Shown here in pieces: positions 28,967 through 32,000 of a stretch of 32,000 nt of DNA; the first letter of the stretch is position 1; each line of letters begins with the position of its first letter. The DNA lies in assembly GCF_000039765.1 (NCBI RefSeq), contig NC_004460.2:720001-752000 (forward strand), in the 5' to 3' direction. Position numbers and translations under genes: made by a program. The notes under the pieces are model-generated. The model did not search any database and had not been told where the DNA came from. It saw nothing but the letters and a program-made list of their open reading frames with translations. This DNA comes from Vibrio vulnificus CMCP6. Lineage in GTDB: Bacteria > Pseudomonadota > Gammaproteobacteria > Enterobacterales > Vibrionaceae.

Positions 28967-29250
28967 ATGCATAAGACTAAGGATAAAGACCATTACCGAC
29001 GCTTGAATGCCATATTATTTCTTTCTCATGGACATTCTGTTACCACAGTCTCGAAGATTCTGGTTTCAGCTCGCTCTTCTATAGGACGCTGGATTAACTG
29101 GTACACGAAATGCGGCATCGATGGCTTGGAAAGCTCAACTCGAGGTAGAGCCGCGACGCTCCCATTTCTTCAAATTGCCGCTGTATTGACTGCTTTAATC
29201 GCACTGAATCCTCAAAGTCTGGGATATCAGCGTTCACGTTGGGATCGTTT
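28967..29250 (+). mobile_element. Truncated IS630-family transposase
   Basis: 'DKDHYRRLNAILFLSHGHSVTTVSKILVSARSSIGRWINWYTKCGIDGLESSTRGRAATLP', an N-terminal HTH, cut off near 29250 where M81 peptidase coding sequence begins. Confidence 0.8.
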
Positions 29251-29848
29251 GGTCCGGTGACCTCCATGGTAAGATCACCGAAAAAATGAAGGACAACATG
29301 AACTTCTTCAACGCCTGTAAAGAATATCCTCATATGGATATGAGTACCGCTGGCCGTGGTGGTGCTGCAATCTTAGCAGGAGAATCGCACCCTACCGTTG
29401 CCTACCACAAAATGCCAATGTGAGCCTCGGTGGTAAGTTTGAGAAATTGGCAGGTGAACCAATTAAAACCAAAGCTTATGTCAAGTCCATTTCGGATGGC
29501 GATGAGATCGTTCGCGGCGGGACCGCTTGCAACGCCCCATTTAAGCTTGGCCCTACCGTTAGGTTGGTCATTGAAGCGGAGAATACGGTGGATGTCATTG
29601 TTATATCAGGCCTATGCCAGACGTATGATGATACACAGGGACGCCCACATGGTATCGCGATTCAAGAATATGACGTTATTGGTGTGAAAAGCGGCATGCA
29701 CTATAGAGCTTTCTATAAGAACTTCACCGACAAGTTACTGATCGTTGATGTTCCAGGGGCCACCAGTCGCGATGTGACTATTTTCGAACATACTCAGTTA
29801 ACAGCGCCTGTGTACCCTTTAGATAAAAACGCAACGTTTAATATTTGA
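29250..29848 (+). pseudogene. M81/MlrC-family metallopeptidase, truncated with internal deletion
   Basis: 'DLHGKITEKMKDNMNFFNACKEYPHMDMSTAGRGGAAILAGESHPTVAYHKMPM*', then in another frame 'VSLGGKFEKLAGEPIKTKAYVKSISDGD...GRPHGIAIQEYDVIGVKSGMHYRAFYKNFTDKLLIVDVPGATSRD'. These are the N- and C-terminal MlrC-like parts with the middle missing. Confidence 0.7.
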
Positions 29849-30227
29849 CGGAGTACTGCTGTTAACTTAGCCATAATCAGGGCAATCTCACGAGTGCTGG
29901 GTTTTTCGCCAACGCGTTAAAACAAGCGCTCAACACAGCTTCCAACATATCACTATTAACAACATAGCATTGATGATATCCAATCAACGAAACGTACGTG
30001 AAATTGAGCTGGTTCAATCGCCGATATAATACGAGCGATGCATCATCAACGGGGCCCCCTCCTTTTTAAAACAGATCATTCCCTTGAAGCCTATGGTGGT
30101 AGCCAAGGATGTAGCCTCGAATGTCAAACAGCCCTTTCGTACCAGCTATAACAGCACACAATGACCCAAACAGGATCTCAAAAAGACAACAAGTGACTTT
30201 TGTACTCCGACACTAGACAGCCACAGC

Positions 30228-30479
30228 TTGAAAATGTTCTTCAACATACTCAATTTGCACCAAGATCCATTATCTGGTGATGGCGCATATGACACAAGGT
30301 ATTGTCACGATGAAACACGATTTAAACGCCCCGTTTGGCTCATCCCACCAGAGAGGGTACTGCGTTTGGGGAAAATGGTTAGCCTGATACACTTAGCGTT
30401 CGTCAATAATGTCTTGATTAAGTTAACAGAACTCATTTACACCACGAGATACACTATAATTTCAATCAACTTTAGCTAA
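30228..30479 (+). mobile_element. Second IS5-family transposase fragment
   Basis: 'GDGAYDTRYCHDETRFKRPVWLIPPERVLRLGK' parallels 'DGAYDTRNCQDAIWIKRTVPLISPREG' of the remnant at about 25145. The transposase-like part ends near 30375. Confidence 0.6.
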
Positions 30480-30497
30480 TGAGATAAGGGAATAAAA

Positions 30498-32000
30498 ATG
30501 AAGGATGACATATTGACTGAAAAGTCTGAATCTCATGAGATAGACCATACAAAACGTTCTACGTTGACTAAATTAGCCTTTGGCGCAGCAACACTTCCAT
30601 TTGCTTCGGTTCTACATGCGGCTTCTGACAAACTGGCTGTACAGAATATTTCCCTAATGCCTAATGAAAAAGGCCCTTTTGATATTGTTATCGAAAATGG
30701 TCGTGTGGTTGATCCTGAAACGGGCTTAGATGCGATTCGTAACGTGGGGATCAAAGGTAAGCGTATTGCTGCTATTTCAACAAATACCTTGAAAGGTGCC
30801 AAAGTAATTAATGCTGAAGGTTTAGTCGTTGCTCCGGGCTTCGTTGATTTACATGCACATGGTCAACAGCTTCCTGCGGCTCGCGCTCAAGCATTTGATG
30901 GTGTTACCACCCAACTGGAAATGGAATCGGGTTTATTACCCATCTCTAAATTCTACGATGATACCGCAAAAGAAGGTCGACCTCTTAACTACGGCGCTTC
31001 GGTTGCTTGGACCTACGCGCGAGTTATGGCAAAAGAACCAACAATGCCAGCAGCTGATGGTACGATTGTTTGGTTCCAAAAAGCATTTTCATACAACAAT
31101 TGGCAAAATACATTAGCAACACCAGATGAGCTAAAACAGATCCTCAATGATATCGAGCAGGGTCTGAAAGAAGGAGGTTTAGGCATTGGCATTAACGCAG
31201 GTTATGCTCCGGGTTATGGCCATAAAGAGTACTACGAGCTAGCGAAGCTCGCCAAACGCTATAATATGCCAACTTATACGCACGTTCGTTACTTAAACAG
31301 TGCAGAACCAAAATCCAGCTTTGAAGCTTATCAAGAACTGATCAGTTTATCTGCAACGACTGGTGCACACATGCACATTTGTCACCTGAATAGTACCTCT
31401 GTGCAAGATATTGATGATTGTGCGGACTTAGTGCAATCAGCGATTGATAGAGGTTTGAATGTAACTGCCGAAGCTTACCCTTACGGTGCCGGTTCGTCAC
31501 TGATTGGCGCAGAAGTTTTCCGTGGTGATGATTGGTTAGCGCGCTGGGGAGTACCAAGTGCAAGTTACATGGAAGCCAATGGGAAACCATTAACACAAGA
31601 AAAGATCACAGAGCTTCAAGCAAATGACCCAGGCAAAGTGGTAGTAATGCATTTCTTAAAACCTGATGATAATCCATCCGATCGTCAAAAAATGGATCGT
31701 TCAGTTCTGTTTCCCGGTGCAGCTATTGCTTCAGATGCTATGCCTTGGATGGACTCAAAAGGACAGGTCATCGAAGGTGATATTTGGCCACTCCCTAGTG
31801 ATGCCATCGCTCACCCAAGATCACTGGCTTGTTTTACCCGTTTCATTAGTAAATATGTTAACGAATACAAAGCGGTTACGCTTATTGAGGCAATGGAGCG
31901 TTGTAGCTTAAACGCTTGTCGCATTATAGAAAACAGCGTCCCACAAATGAAAAATAAAGGCCGTGTTCAAGTAGGTAAAGATGCAGATTTAGTGATATTC
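30498..32000 (+). CDS. D-aminoacylase / N-acyl-D-glutamate deacylase-like amidohydrolase, probable Tat-type or Sec signal peptide; 3' end outside window
   Basis: The frame is open for 501 codons to the window edge, so it is absent from the ORF track. 'TKRSTLTKLAFGAATLPFASVLHAA', 'FDIVIENGRVVDPETGLDAIRNVGIKGKRIAAIS', 'GLVVAPGFVDLHAHGQ', 'GVTTQLEMESG', 'HVRYLN', 'HICHLN', 'SDAMPW', 'KGRVQVGKDADLVIF'. Confidence 0.88.
   Translation, partial: MKDDILTEKSESHEIDHTKRSTLTKLAFGAATLPFASVLHAASDKLAVQNISLMPNEKGPFDIVIENGRVVDPETGLDAIRNVGIKGKRIAAISTNTLKGAKVINAEGLVVAPGFVDLHAHGQQLPAARAQAFDGVTTQLEMESGLLPISKFYDDTAKEGRPLNYGASVAWTYARVMAKEPTMPAADGTIVWFQKAFSYNNWQNTLATPDELKQILNDIEQGLKEGGLGIGINAGYAPGYGHKEYYELAKLAKRYNMPTYTHVRYLNSAEPKSSFEAYQELISLSATTGAHMHICHLNSTSVQDIDDCADLVQSAIDRGLNVTAEAYPYGAGSSLIGAEVFRGDDWLARWGVPSASYMEANGKPLTQEKITELQANDPGKVVVMHFLKPDDNPSDRQKMDRSVLFPGAAIASDAMPWMDSKGQVIEGDIWPLPSDAIAHPRSLACFTRFISKYVNEYKAVTLIEAMERCSLNACRIIENSVPQMKNKGRVQVGKDADLVIF

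Noticed and set aside
1-32000. CRISPR array, integron attC array, tRNA or rRNA
   Set aside because: No regularly spaced direct repeats, no recognisable attC/VCR series and no tRNA/rRNA signatures were seen when reading the sequence. This was by eye only; CRISPR and tRNA/rRNA detection software would be more sensitive.

Overview
The window looks like an accessory or mobile region from a gammaproteobacterium, plausibly a marine Vibrionaceae-like host (host assignment is inference). The left end (1-4.4 kb) carries conjugative-element genes: the 3' part of a TraI/MobF-type relaxase-helicase with a primase/toprim-like C-terminus, a probable mobilization accessory protein, a VirB1-like lytic transglycosylase and small plasmid-type ORFs. 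Next come a GC-rich structured non-coding segment and a frameshifted transposon-type tyrosine recombinase. The cargo includes: a DUF1611 (DgcN-like) protein; an overlapping hflK-hflC-nhaA operon; a DUF1840 protein; a second DUF1611 gene overlapping a fold-III PLP racemase gene; a degraded EEP nuclease; a compact candidate RiPP cassette (25-aa peptide, MFS exporter, HExxH-type peptide beta-hydroxylase-like protein); a sigma54 activator divergent from an RBBP9-like hydrolase and a cysPTWA-like sulfate ABC operon; a CysB-like remnant fused into an IS5-family remnant; a stand-alone SIR2-like protein; IS3, IS630 and IS5 debris; an AI-2E family transporter; an internally deleted M81/MlrC peptidase; and a D-aminoacylase/N-acyl-D-glutamate deacylase-like CDS running off the right edge. 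The best candidate for an undescribed system is the peptide-MFS-HExxH cassette at 15215-17685. Its 25-aa peptide ORF is absent from the supplied ORF track. It has a good RBS, a sigma70-like promoter and a leader hairpin, and lies directly upstream of tightly packed exporter and modifying-enzyme genes.
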